A DNA stretch of 64,000 bases from assembly GCA_963693365.1 (NCBI GenBank), contig CAVNZM010000008.1:1240001-1304000 (forward strand). Direction: 5' to 3'. The DNA is from Amoebidium appalachense. Its lineage: Eukaryota; Protista; Ichthyosporea. A program made the position numbers and the translations under genes. The notes under the pieces were generated by a model that was not told where the DNA came from, searched no databases, and worked only from the letters and a program-made list of their open reading frames with translations. This document shows positions 21,640 to 35,844 of this stretch, piece by piece (the stretch's first letter is position 1; each line of letters starts with the position of its first letter).

Positions 21640-23186
21640 AGTCTGCAAGCAATCATCATTATACACACGAATAGCAGCAACACGGCGTGAAACAGCTAAT
21701 GGCTAGTGCCATGCAATATATGTGCACGTGACAGATCTGTTGACTAAGTATATCATGAAACCCGCGGGTTGACCCGGCGCCAACAGAGGAAAGAACCAAC
21801 ACCCAACCGTCCGCGGCAGGGGCAAACCCAAGCCAACCCAGGCCCGTCCCCCAGAGCCACAAACCCGCCCGTGAACCATCCGTCCCTGAGGCGACACATC
21901 CCTGCGACCGACCTCCGAGTTTCGCTGCATTCAGGCCAGCACTTGATGGTATATATTCGCTGATGGTGAAAAAGGTCATATAAAAGCTAAAATATAAACT
22001 TTGGAGTTTAAGTTAATCTGAAAAGGTTGTTCCTCCGGGGATCAAGCTTCTCAGCATGATGGCATGGCTGATTTTTCTCCTATTCTGAAAATTTTGCATG
22101 CCTCTAGCGGGTGCGGCTATAGCGAATCAATATAAGCATCCAATCGGAACTTCGTTGTCGTTGAACACCAATCAGGAACGAGATTGGCACACCTTGTGTT
22201 TGTTTGTTTACAATTGTTTGTCCCGTTTCTGAGTGAGTGATTCTGACGAATCTGGGCACGGGCCGCACGGCGATGGCGTCAACTTCGCTGCCCAGAAAAA
22301 AACTGCCATGAGCAACAAAAACAGCGTCTGGAGTCGCATTTAAGCGCCAGACTAGTCTACCCTCGGGTTAGTGACAATAAATGGAGGCCCAGGCTGTTCT
22401 ATCTGAGTGGCAAAAACTGTTGGAGTCAGAGTTGGTATTGTCATTATGCAGTACTAGTAGCCATTATTCTGCTCCGACTAGTACTGGGGAGACTCGCACG
22501 AATTGGCATGAGTCACCAAAACAAAGGCTCCAGGAATCCAGGCTCCAGCTGGTGAAAGCATCTCCAGCAGCCAACCAGGCGCCATCAAAATAATGAAGGC
22601 CAGTGCCGGACCCAATATCATTAAGGCGGCAGGCTAATAATAGCAGCAAAACCCGGCGGCCCCGCGTGCGGCAGGTGCCGTGGTACGTATGCCACTGAGC
22701 TCCAATTGCCGTGCCCTTGCTCGAGCTCGAGCTCTACAGAGTGATTGAGCGATATCAACACAAAGGCACATGAAATTTAGCACAATATCAGCCGGTGCTA
22801 ACAGTGCTATATTAGCGCTATTTATTACAGTAGAAAATTATTATTTATTATTGAATCATTGTGGTCAACTGGGTCTTCTTTCTTTTTCATAGCTTCTTTT
22901 CTTTCTTTTCTTTCTTTCTTTCTTTCTTTCTTTTTCTTTCTTTTTTTCGGGGAGGCGGAGGAGCCCCCCCAGGCCCCCCCCCTCCCCCCCCCCCCCCCCC
23001 CCCACCACCACCACCACCCCTCTCCTCCCTCCTTCACCCGCCTTCCTCCCCAACTTGAAGTCTCCTTCTCCCCCCCCCCCTCCCCCCCCCCCCCCCCCCC
23101 CCCCCACACACACAAGCACACACACACAAGCACACACACACACATGCACGCACACACGCTGACACCAATTTTATTACCTATCGTAG

Positions 23187-23692
23187 CCACGTAACACCAC
23201 ATGCACACCTCGTCTGCTTTTCCCCACACCGGTACCCACCACAAGTTCGAGTTTGTCCATGAGGTTATTATCGTTTCAATGAGCGTGCAAATATGGTTTG
23301 GGGCAACCGGTGCTATTCGATACACCCACTGCATGATGTGTTTTTGGATGTGCATGTGCATGTGTGTATTTATATGCACATCTGCGGTATTTTTGAATGT
23401 GTGTGTGTGAATTGACTCCATTCGAGTTTTGCACGTGTGCGGTGTGCGCGCACGTGTAATTCTGTGTGTGCGTGTGTTGCTCGGGTGTGTGCTGTGTGTG
23501 TGGGGTGTGTGTGCGTGCGTGTGCACTGGGGTTTGTGTGTGTGTGCGCGCGGGTATGCGTGTGACACTGTGTGCGTGCCACGTGTGAGCAATGTTGTGCC
23601 ACGTTATGTGTGTGTGTGTGTCTACGCGCGGCAGCCGCGCGCCGGATCACAGCATGCATGTGTGTGCCTCTGTCTCCCTTCTCGGGGACAAG

Positions 23693-23728
<36 letters not shown>

Positions 23729-23734
23729 CCCCCC

Positions 23735-23767
<33 letters not shown>

Positions 23768-24220
23768 GCTGAATCTTCTCTCTCTTTCTCTCTCTCTCTC
23801 TTTCTTTCTCCCTCTCTCGCTCTCTCTGTCACTCACTCTCTCTCTCTTTCTTTGGCTCTCTCTCTCTCACATATCTCTGTGCGTGTGTGTGTGCGTGCGT
23901 GTGGTTGCCTCTGTTTGTGTGCATGTGTGTGTGAATGTGCTCGGTTGTTTGTGTGCATGTGTCCGTGTGTGTGTGTGTGCCTGTGTCTGTATCTGAGTCA
24001 TCATGTGCAGGTTTATTCAAACTGCGCACTTGTGCGTTCGTACAAGTGTGTAGATGTGCAAGCTTGTGTGCACGTGCCCCGCCGGGTGTTTACGCTGGAT
24101 ACCCAAGGCACAGAGACCAGTCTCAGGCATGGAGCTTCAAGTTGCCCGGTATATAAACACCATTGTGTGTGGGTGTGCGTGTGTGTGTGTGCTGGTGTGT
24201 GTGTGTGTGTGTGTGTGCCG

Positions 24221-24251
<31 letters not shown>

Positions 24252-24276
24252 GTGTGTGTGTGTGTGTGTGTGTTCC

Positions 24277-24311
<35 letters not shown>

Positions 24312-24316
24312 CGCGG

Positions 24317-24360
<44 letters not shown>

Positions 24361-24363
24361 CCG

Positions 24364-24417
<54 letters not shown>

Positions 24418-25142
24418 CGGTGTGTGTGTGTGTGACAACACGGTGTGTGTGTGTGCCGGTGTGTGTTCTTTGGTTGTATTGCTCGCTTAGGTGACTCTCA
24501 CTAAGATGTGCTCGAGTGCTAGTGTGAGCTTGCTGTGGGTATAAGGACAGTGAGGAAGGTCATGCAGGCACCATGAGCGAGCCCTAGGGAAAGGGGGGGG
24601 CGGCCGGGGGGGGGGGGGGGGGGGGAGGGGGGAGGGGGGAAAGGAGCGGAGGGGAGGGGGGGTGGGGGGAGGGGCACATGCGTAGACGGTAAGCTGGAGC
24701 AAGTACAGCTTACTGGAGCCCCGTTACTCAGAAAAAGAACAACAGAGAACAAAGGAGTGTTGTGTGGGGGGTGGATGGGGAGAGGGGGGAAAGACGAGGG
24801 GGAGGAGGGGGGGGGGGGGGGGGGGGTATGGGGGTAAGTGGGTAGAGAGGTAGGGGGCGTGGAGGGGGGGAGGGGGCATGGTGTGTAACATGAAAAATTA
24901 GGTGAGATAGCCTCAATCAAACGTTTGGGGATGCCAACCTCAGGGATGAGGGTGAAATCACTTTCCGACACAACACAATATATAGACACACTATATCACT
25001 TTTACAGTACACACGTGCATATTGAAATCAGATATGTACGTACGGAAGGCCTTTCCTGTCATGGTTCGATGGGTGGAATGTGGGGTGTTTGTATAACACT
25101 GTGTGTGTGTCGCAGTGTCACACACAGTGTGTGTGTGTGTGT

Positions 25143-25181
<39 letters not shown>

Positions 25182-25200
25182 CGTGTGTGTATGTGTGTGT

Positions 25201-25239
<39 letters not shown>

Positions 25240-25793
25240 TGTGTGTTTGTGTGTGTGTGTGTGTGAGTGTGAGTGTGTGTGTGAGTGTGTACATGTTAGT
25301 GTGTGTGTGGGGGGGGGGGGAGGGGGGGGGGGGGGGGCAAATTCCTATGGGATGGTGGTGACAGGTGGGAACCCCCCCACCGGGAAAGAGCCATGTCTAA
25401 TACCGGTCTGCTCCCCTACCCTCTTGCTTTGGAAAACCCAATCAGTCACTTATTGTGCCCCGGGTTGGAATTTGTGGCATGTACACCCGTTCAGGTGGCT
25501 CAACGGCAAGAAAAAAAGTGGAGTTTCTTATGGGGGTTCCTTTTCTTTCCTCCCTCCCCTCCCCCCCCCCCCCCCCCCCAACACACACACACACACCTTC
25601 TCCCCCCCCCCCCCTGCCCTCCTTCAAGAAAAAAAACCTCAAACGTAATAACTTGATAAATACTAATCCGGGGACAAGGGCCACTTGGATCTGAGAAGCT
25701 GGTCATTTTTTTGCCAGGCTGGTCTTATTGTGATTAAGAAATATCTTCGGATACTACTTGAAATAGAACGTAGTGTGTGTGCTGTGTGTGTGT

Positions 25794-25844
<51 letters not shown>

Positions 25845-26126
25845 AGAGGGGGTTCTAAAGGGGGCTTCAAAATATTCACAAGGGATTGGGGAGGGGCCGG
25901 GGCTGGCACAAGCTGCGCGATGTGAGGGAGAGAGCTTACCCAAAGGAAAGGGATGTCTGATGTGGTGTGTGTGTTGAGTTTGGAGTGGCTGGGAAACATT
26001 TGGTGTGGGGGACTCGGGGTTGGGGGAGGGGAGGGGGGGTTGAGGATGTGCAGCTACTTGATCATTCATACTATCCCGTTGTGGGTTGTGCAAGGCTATT
26101 TTTTCCCCTGGGGGTTTCACCTCCCT

Positions 26127-26187
<61 letters not shown>

Positions 26188-26789
26188 ACCCGGTGGATAA
26201 CTAGAAGCATGGGCATTTTCACTCGTGTTGGGGCCGGGAAACATACATGTTAAAACACATTGTACCCCCCCCCCCCCCCCCCCCCCCTCCCCCGGCCACC
26301 ACCACCACCACCTGGTCCACCACCCCCCCCCCTCCCCCCCCCCCCCCCCCCCCCCTTCTTCTTCTTCTTTTCTTTTTGGACTCAATATTGGCCAATAATA
26401 CTGTCTTCGCATGGACACGAGCCCCTGCAGGTGAATAGTATGTAGATGATCTGGTTTGCCAATTGCAATGTTCGTGGACCTGCAGAATGGTGCACTTTGG
26501 GAGGCATGATATCCACTCAATGGCAGTCTATATAGACATAACGTTTAATACTGATTGATTTTTACCAATAGCATTTGAAATCGTGATGCTTGGAATCATA
26601 GAGGGTACCAAAAGAGAGACTGGAGACAGTCCGGGTGTGTGTGTGTGTGGTGGTGGTGGTGGTGGTGGTGGGTTGGGGGGAGGGGGGGGGGGGGGGGGGG
26701 GGGAGGAGGTGCCAGGGGATAGTGATGGGATCATGGCAGGTTACAGGGCAATCTTCCGGGGGGGGAAGGGGGGGGGGGGGGGGGGGAGG

Positions 26790-26826
<37 letters not shown>

Positions 26827-27630
26827 TCGCACACGATGACAGTCCGGTATAATATAATTGAAATATGTTCTACGTACGACACTACTTGACGTGGACTTGT
26901 CAATGATTACGACTGCAAGTGAGCTAGTTAGTGTGCTAAGACGATGTGTGTCTGGGTTGATCAGAACAAAAAAAAAAATGCTGGAGTTGTTGGTGGATTT
27001 TCTTGATCGGGTGGTATGGATATATAGGTTGATAACTGAAGTTAGAGGTGGGGGAGAGGGGGGGAGGGGGGGAGGGGGGAGGGGGGGGGGAGGGGGGGGG
27101 AGGGGGGGGGGGGGGGGCGGGAGATAGACAGTTCAATTAGCACTCTGACCAGTCCCAAGTTGCTGCACACTTTTGGCCGCACACACAACCACACCGGGAT
27201 TCTACCGCCGACCCCGGGCCCTCTAAGTCGTGCCTGTTTTTCTGAGCCGGCCTGATCCGTTTTTGCAGCTTTGTTTTACCTCCCTCCGTCTGCAGGCCAG
27301 TCTAATTCCAAAATAGATCTATTTGAGCAGAAATGACAGACTGACAGAAGCAGTCAGCACGCGTACGGGCCCGTTTTGTCAACGTCATCCATTGACTCGG
27401 GCCAACCACAACAGAAAAGGTGTTAGAATAGCACCAGCTGGCCATCGCCAACACAACCACACACACACAAACACGTTTTCCACACACGCACACATAGGCA
27501 GGCACGTGTTCCGCGCACGCACACGTACGCAAATAAGTTTTCCACACACGCACACATACAAGCTAGTGGTCTGGATATGCATCATGATTTCTGGTGAAGG
27601 CATTCGTCTGCTCCTAAACGCAGCATAGAG
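23187..27630 (+). pseudogene. Degenerate, intron-containing KDZ (Kyakuja-Dileera-Zisupton)-like transposase
   Basis: Collinear exon-like islands: ~24011-24156 VQVCRCASLCAR...AWSFKL; 24491 VTLTKMC; ~25446 HLLCPGLE; ~26490 VHFGRHD; ~26843-26890 STYDTT*; ~27355-27385 QHAYG plus frameshifted FCQ; ~27590 SGEGIRLL. The order matches the recalled KDZ core CxC...AFSF..QVSL..C, CRH, YDIAC, HAYGH..CQ, DGE..ERLW. Stops and frameshifts present; the 5' boundary is approximate. Confidence 0.45.
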
Positions 27631-28057
27631 CCCTTTTGTTTTTTTCGAAACCACCACAGACCCTTGGAGGACGGAGAAAACATGCTCGAAACCGGTTCGT
27701 AGCCCCCCCCCCCCCCCCCCCCCCCCCCTCCCCCCGCACCCGCATCCCACCCTCTTCCTCTCTCCCCCCCTCCCCCCCCCCCCCCCCCACCCCCGCCCCT
27801 CGCTTAACTGCACACACGTACGGTATGCCAACTCCTCTTGCATCACGGTTCTACGTTGCTGTCCTCCCCCCCCCCCCCCCTCCCCTCCCCTCCCCCTCCC
27901 CCCCTCATCTCTGTTGTCCAACCTCCCCTTCGATCCAACACACGGCACGTGTACATACTTGTTGGGGCTCTTTGCCCATGCCTGCCCTGTACTCAAGGCC
28001 ACTTATAGGTGCATCCTGAGCAGCGACCTTTCGTACATCCTGAGCGTCTCCCCCTTC

Positions 28058-28135
<78 letters not shown>

Positions 28136-28835
28136 CTGCCCTTCTGGGCCCTCCTATTTTCGTCTGCTCCTGAGAGTTCCCACTTTCCTCATGTTTGCAC
28201 ATCGAAAAACTTCCTGCGCCCCTGTTTTCCCCCTGTGTTTTCTCATTTTTGTGGGCTTTGGCCTCCCGTATTCACTTACAGGCCCCCCTCTTCTTGCAAA
28301 CTCTCACTGCACCTGGGGGCCCAGACCTATCACGTCATCACTCTCTGCAATTCTTACGCTCGCACTTGGTTGATGTTTTGCTTGTTTGTGCCTCTTTCTT
28401 CAAGCCTCCGTTGTTCTTGACTACCCCATCCCCCCCCTCCCCCCCCCCCCCCCCCCCCCCCCCACCCCTCCCCCCCCCCCCCCCCCCCCCTCCCCCCAAA
28501 AAAGCATGTGACCCTTCTTTTCTGCATCAGCCCCTTCCAAAATAAGAGAGTGTTCTTCCTGCTCACACTCAGGGCTTGCAATTTCTTTGTTGGTTGAATC
28601 CCCCCCCCCTCCTCGCGCAAATTGCTATGGATCAAACTCGCTGTGATCTTTGGCCATGCATTCCTGCATGTTCCGAATTTTCCTGTTGACCCGTTTGTCC
28701 TTTCATAGTTTGCACCCGTTTCCGTTCATATTTTGTGTGCTTCGTGTTTTCTTCTACACCTCGAATGGAAGTTATGAAATGACGGGGATTTTCGAAAGCA
28801 AGGGTTTGTGGGACCAGAAAGGAACTTCTTGGCCC

Positions 28836-28873
<38 letters not shown>

Positions 28874-28991
28874 ATCATAATTCCCACCTCCCCAACCCAC
28901 TTCCCTACCCTACCTCCTTCATCCACCTATAATCATACACAAGTCATTACCAGGCATTTACATTTAGGAAATTAGGCTAACCTACTATTCC

Positions 28992-31392
28992 ATGAAAGGC
29001 AGTCCCCTTGACCGGCTACCAGATGAACTTTTGGGGCATATCATTGGCTGGTTGAGCCCCGAAGAGAAGGTGAGGGGGTCCTTGGTCTGCTGCAGATTTG
29101 CACGAATAATCAGGGCAGGACACGGCGGCGGGATATCTATCACAGTGCGAAGTTTCGCGCAGGTGCAAAGAGTCCCCCTTTGGGTATGGGGGGAGGCAAT
29201 CAGGGAAATCGTGATCGCGACCCAGTTGTTGCTTATAATATTTAGCAACCCCACGAAGGGTGGGGAATTTTCGGCATTTCTCGAATCGTTATCCCGGTTG
29301 AACAGTCTTGCGATCACGGATTCGGAGGGCACAACCTATATTACTGAAGTGCAAACCCCGGTGCACGGAGAATGTGTTCTTCGGGTACTTTCACGAATCG
29401 GGTCGAGGCTGACCCGTCTATGCCTCCCCCGATACCAACACGATAACCTACCGCCCCATTTTTTTTCGTCGGTTGTCTCACTGAGTCCCAACCTTGCCAG
29501 CGCACAAGTCTACCTACCAACATCCCTCCCCACAGACTTTCCAATGTCCCCCTGGAACCAACTTCGCCGCCTGTCTTTGTCCCTGCGTGGGAGCGTGGAT
29601 TTGTCTTTCCTCGCCTCCCTAGAAAGTTTAAATGTGTTGTGTATCGATTCTTCTATGTTTCAGTCGCTCAAAATTACTGGGTTTTCGCCGTTACCCCATC
29701 TTCGGAATCTTCATTTGCACATGGTTTCGGTTGCAAATTCCGCTTTAGGGGGTATTGCACTCTGCACCTCCCTCACACAGCTATATTTGCGGCTGAGGGG
29801 GCTCGATCCCCAACTGGAATTTCCGGAATTTTCATGCAAAAATCTCCGGGTAGCCAACATTGGAGGCTGGTACGACAAAGCTCTAACCCTGCCGACACTG
29901 TTGTTTTTACCACCGGAACATTTGAGGGAACTGACTGTGTACGATGCGTCTTGGGCCGCATTTTCCGAATTGGAAGCAATGACCAGGGTGGAAATATTGA
30001 CCCTTAGGCGCACGGAGGTTTCCGATATGTCCCCGCTTTCCCGGAGCGATTTCTGCCCCAAAATTAGCGGCCTATCCCTCGACCGTTGCCCTGTGACAGA
30101 CCTATCCCCGCTACAATGCAGACAGGGGATCTCTTCAATTTCATTGGCTGAATTGCAGATCAAAGAGCTGCCCTGGCCAATCGGAGACATTTGTTTAGTT
30201 GCGATCATGCAGTGCGATCACCTTACTCTAATTGCACCATCAGGGTGTGAAAATGAAACTTCCGGGGGATCCAACGTGTTGGATCTTCGTCTTTGTCAGG
30301 GTTTAAAGGACATTGGCGGGCTGGCTGGGTCTCCACACTTAGGCAATGTGCTTATAAGCCGCTGCCCCCTGTTGGAATCCCTGCAGCCATTGGGCCAATG
30401 TCATGCGCTGATGAGTGTGCACTTGGACCACCTGGATGCATGCACTGACATAGCACCTCTGTCGCAGTTGGAGAGCCTGCAGGTGTGTGTGTGTGTGTGT
30501 ATGTGTGTGTTCGTATGTGTGTGTGTGGGTTGGTGGGTGGGTGGATGCGTGGGCGGGTTGGTATGCATGTGTAAGTGTATGTGCTCTTGTACATGAGCAC
30601 AGATGCTCTGCCCGGGGGAGGGGGAGGGGGAGGGGGGAAGGGGGGAGGGAGTGTATTTCTGTTTGTGTGCAAGTGAGTAAGGGAGAAGCAGCAGAGTGAG
30701 TGTGTGCCTACAGGGGTACATGCGTGTGTGCCTGTGTGCCTGTGCATGTGCGTTTGGCGGCCACCTACCTGTCTCCATGTTTGAGCGCTAGACAGCCCCA
30801 TCCCCCACCCGACATCCCTACATCCCTCCCCATGCTAACCCCCTGAATATGGCGTTTCTCTTATGTCCCGTAGTGTTGTATGCTCATTCAACACTCCATC
30901 GTATGTACTGCAAACAACCCCCCCCCCCCCCCCCAATCCTCTCTGCCCCTCCTCTACTGCTGCCGCCGCGCATGTTGAAGTGAAGCAGTATCTGAGTTGG
31001 GTTGCTAAACCACGTGAACGGGTGAAAGCATGAGTACCGAGAATTACTTTTGGCCTTCTGAGGATGGGCTCCATTTTAAAAGCAGGTTCCTTGTGTGCAC
31101 AGGTTATACTGCAAAATCTGCGTTGGGTTGTCCCGTTGTGAATGTGTGTCATGTACGCTGTAACACACTCTAACATCCCCCCCCCCCCCCCCCCCCCCTT
31201 CCTCCCCCCCTCCCCCCCCCCCCCGGGCAGGCGTTAACGGTCCAAGGGTGCCCTGTAAGAGATTTCAGCCCCCTCCGTCACTGCCCCAACCTTGACCCCC
31301 TACTGCTCCAGATCACACCCCCAGAGGATATTGCTGACGTGGCAGGCCCCAGCAGGGATGAGCTTATGCAAACGGTACTGCTAATTAGCTAG
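28992..31392 (+). CDS. F-box / leucine-rich-repeat protein
   Basis: Exon 1 28992-30482 starts with an F-box (LDRLPDELLGHIIGWLSPEEKVRGSLVCCRFARII) followed by LxxLxL repeats (VSDMSPL, VTDLSPL, CTDIAPLSQLESLQ). GT-AG intron. Exon 2 31231-31392 (ALTVQGCPVRDFSPLRHCPNL...*) continues the LRR in frame. Confidence 0.9.
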
Positions 31393-32208
31393 CCTTCCTT
31401 TTCTCTCCCCTGGCCGCCTCCCCTCTCCAACCCCCCCCCCCCCCCCCCCCCCCCCTCCACCCCTGCCCCCTTCCCCATCTCCCCCCCTCCCCCCCCCCCC
31501 CCCCCCCCCCTCCCACCCAAACACCCTCCCGCCCACCCACCCACTCCACACACACACACACACACACAAAGCAGCTGGGGCATAAGCCAAGACATAGGAC
31601 ATACACCCATGGCTCGTTTTTTTCCCTCAGGATCCACGAATACAGTCAGAAACAGTCGTGGCCACAAGACACACAAAAGTTCGCATTTGCAACACCCACC
31701 CACTCAGACATGCAATACTGAGTGCATGGGTGCGTTCCTGTGCAGACACAAAAGCCACCGTCAGGCCTTTCTCCCCTCCCACGAAAACACACACCGATGC
31801 AAATGAATACTGTCATCTAATAACCCCCCTCCCCCCCTCTTCCCCCCCCCCCCCCCCGCCCCCCCCCCCAGTTGCCACAACCCGACCACACAGGCACATG
31901 CAATAGCATAACCACCCAGCACTATACCCACATCCAAACATTTATACTGAGCCCATGCACGTTTTGTAAGTGCACTCCCCAACATGCACACAGGGTCAAA
32001 CCCATGCACAAACACACACACACACACCCGATACACCCACCCAGATCCACATACACACGAGCACATTCCCCCTTGACCACCCCTGATGATGGCTCTGTTG
32101 AAGCCTTCTGCCTGCACAGACTTTTTGATTTCTGTTTTGTGTTTTCATTTTGGCTTTTCTTTCTGTGTTTCAGGTTCTTCCACGATTGCCACCCTTTAAT
32201 GGACATAT

Positions 32209-32239
<31 letters not shown>

Positions 32240-32767
32240 CAGCGCACCACCACACACACACAAACACACGCGTGCACGCGCGAATGCACACAGACACACA
32301 CACACACACACACAGATTTACACGTGCACACACAAAAGTACCCCCCCCCCCCCCCCCCCCCCCCCCCACACACACACAAACCCTTTCCCCCTCCCACTCA
32401 CACTCACCCCACCCCCTCCACCACAAACATCATTAGTTTTTATGAACGTTGCACCTGCCATCACCTCACTTATATCGTTTTCCCCTCGAAAACAGCTTCA
32501 GGAACGGCGCCGGCCTACCACACACAGGTGTGACTTTGAATACATCCCTCAGCCGTATCCTCTGCCACCATCGAGGAAGTGATAACAGCTTTAAACAAGG
32601 AAATGAATGCCGGGTCTCTTTTGTTTCATGTGATTTGAACGAGGGAGATAGTATCCGTCATACTCAGCCAACACCAGGACGGCGGCGGACCGGGAGCAGC
32701 ACCATTTCGATATAAACTCAAGCTTAAAGTTTTTACATTCGACTTTTTAACACACACACACACACAC

Positions 32768-32770
<3 letters not shown>

Positions 32771-32836
<66 letters not shown>
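32771..32836. repeat. (AT)n microsatellite
   Basis: About 33 AT units. Confidence 0.95.
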
Positions 32837-32838
<2 letters not shown>

Positions 32839-32888
32839 GTGTATGTGTGTGGTGTGTGTGTGTGTGTGTGTGTGCGTGGGTGTGCATG

Positions 32889-32939
<51 letters not shown>

Positions 32940-34234
32940 TGTGTGTGTCTGCGTCTGTCTGTGGGTAGGTGGCTGTGTTTCTTCATTTTTACTTAAATTT
33001 TATTTTATAATTGATTATTATCATCATCATTATTGTTTGAGTATAGGTATATATTTGTTGTTGTTGTTGTTGTTTTGGGGTGGGGGTGGGGGGCACAGTC
33101 CACAGAGTCCCAAAGCGCATGTGATGTTTGGACAATGATATCCGAATGATCAACATTGGGCTGCTAGTAGTTACGCGATAAAATAGCCATGTTTGGTTAT
33201 TATGAGGCATTTTGAGTGGTCAAAAGTAAAACTAAATTATGTGATGTTTGTGTTTGTTGATAGATAGACTGGCTCGAGATTTCCTATGCTGAAGTACAAA
33301 ACTGAAACACACAAAACACAACCGCACTCTCGCATGTATACACAACAAAATACACATCATGACTCTCGCATGTACACACAACAAAATACACATCATGACA
33401 CACACATGCACACAAACATACATTCACAGAATTTGTATATATATGCCAGGTGCCCTTGGTGAAGGCTCGGGAAAATAAAGATCAGAGAGTCAGCACCAAA
33501 TTTCATTGCCATCGAATTTATGTTGTCATAACGGGCCTGTTACCCGTATGATTGTGTATTGCCGCCATTAAATTTCAAGTGGTAATCTCAGCTCCATGAC
33601 TGCTTTGACGTCACCACCAATTAATAGAACAGCAAATACCATCACATGATAGGTTTGCACCCACTCTGTTAAATACCTCATAAACACTGTGACTAAATAT
33701 AACTGCCCTATTAGATATCTATGCGCGTAACAACTCTACTGTCACGTTTAAGAGGCACATCAAGCCGCATTCGACTCGGTATGCTTGCTTTCGGGTCGGG
33801 CTCGACTTGGCCCACCCCATGATGCTACATAGTACATGCATTCTAATCAACACAGATCTGTGTCCTGATATTATCGAACAATCAACCGTTTTAAACAACA
33901 GTACTAGACTCATATGGCACACACACTCTTCCATTTACAAACTCTATTACGACAGCTTGCATCTAACATATCGGTTAACACCCACAATGGGGTTGGCAAT
34001 AGAAGTATGTATTCTAGTGCAAACAACAACACGATCACAAAACAAAACAAAACCAACCATAATAAAAATTAAACAACAGCAAAAAGAAAAAAAGCATCAC
34101 ATTCTACATCATCCACGGCCTAAAAAAGAATTGAGTTTTCATAACGCACTGACTGTACATATTCACCATACCGATGATTTTCAACCAACGAGGTACCGGT
34201 ATTTCTGACTCCATCCAATCACTTGCCGTGCATT

Positions 34235-34325
34235 CTAGATGTTGAATGTTGTGGCCTTGATCTTTTCGATTAGAGCTGGCAGGGCCGCTTTCCTGCGCAG
34301 ATACTCTTGGAACCTCCTCAGCCCG

Positions 34326-34412
<87 letters not shown>

Positions 34413-35808
34413 CAAACCCCAAACTCGAACAGCCAATCGTAAATCTGAAAGGTCAAAACGCCTTTTTTGGTCCGATTCGCGGCTCTCTGACTGGACCAAA
34501 ACAACGGCAATGCAAAAACCTCAATAAAAACGCTATAACTTTTGAACCATTAGTCCAACTTTTCTAAAACTTTCTAAAATAACGTAACTATTGGTCAACT
34601 TAAGTTTAGGACTCCGCTTCACAACCAAAGTCACGTGCTTCACAGGTCTACACTAAGGGAGGGCCAAAAGACTTAGAATCTTTCCCTCAAAAGCGATTCT
34701 GATCGTTCGCCGCATGGAACCAATGACGTCATCAAGATTATGCGACAGATGAGGAAAAAACTGCGACAAACTGCGACCCAATGACTACCCCTAGAATTAC
34801 GTATGAAATACAATACGCTTGATTGGCTCTCTGCATATCGGCATTTAATTTTAATTGATATGTAGCGATTCGCTAGGCGCATCGCGATCCTATACCAACC
34901 AGCTTAAGCCGAATTTCAAAGAAGGGGGATCTGCTAATCAACGATTCGATGTTCCAGTTGGAGTCTGCTGTGTGTGTGTGCAAAGTCCGGATGTATCTCC
35001 GTATGCTTGCACGTTGGTGCGTGTGTGCACGAGTTAGGAGAGGGAAAACGCAGGGAGGGAGAGGGGCACAACCAGGGGACAAGGGCCGGTGAGCGGGCAG
35101 GCAGGCAGGAGAGGGGGGGGGGGGTAGTGAAGTGTTCTTTCCCCATTCATCACGCATTTATGCTGATATGACCACGATTCACAAAGAAAGGATAAGCACA
35201 CACCCCGCAGATTAATATTGGTAATGATATTGGTGATAATATTAATATCATTAGTAAGCAACCCAAGTCTGCTGAGAGTTAAAGGCTTCAGGCCCAGGCC
35301 ACACATATTTTAAGAACATGACAATGGACCATCAAGTATGAGCACACACCTCCAAATAAGGAAAGTCGATTGTGGAGCACTCGGCCTGGATGATGCTCCA
35401 TGCAGTCCACAGCAGGTGGGAGGCCAGGCACAGCCGGTTGATGTCGATCAGGTACTCTTGCACCTGCACGTGTGTGTACATGTACGGGTGTGTGCGTGTG
35501 CGTGTACGTGTGCGTGTACGTGTGTGTGTACGTGTACGGGTGTGTGCGTGTGAACGGGTGTGTGCGTGTGAACGGGTCCATGTCCGTGTGCGTGTAGGTG
35601 TAGGTGGCCGTGGACGTTGTGTGTGTATGTACGAGTGCATGTAAGTGTTGATGTGGGTGAAAAAGCGTGTGTGAGAGTGAGTGTTCACGTGCAGCATTGC
35701 TCATGCGCATGTGTGTGAGTGTGTGCGTGTTTGTGCCAATCGTAGGTGTGTGAAAGTGTGAAAGTGTTAGTTTCTACGAATTTGTGTTTGTCTTGTGTAT
35801 GTCGAAAA

Positions 35809-35844
<36 letters not shown>

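Noticed and set aside
32083-32118. Complete hammerhead ribozyme
   Set aside because: CTGATGA and a GGCT/AGCC stem are present but the required GAAA and stem III are missing; kept only as a repeat-family finding.
32440-32730. Possible coding exon (SATIEEVITALNKEMNAG...)
   Set aside because: Interrupted by stops, no recognisable family, and no splice partners identified.
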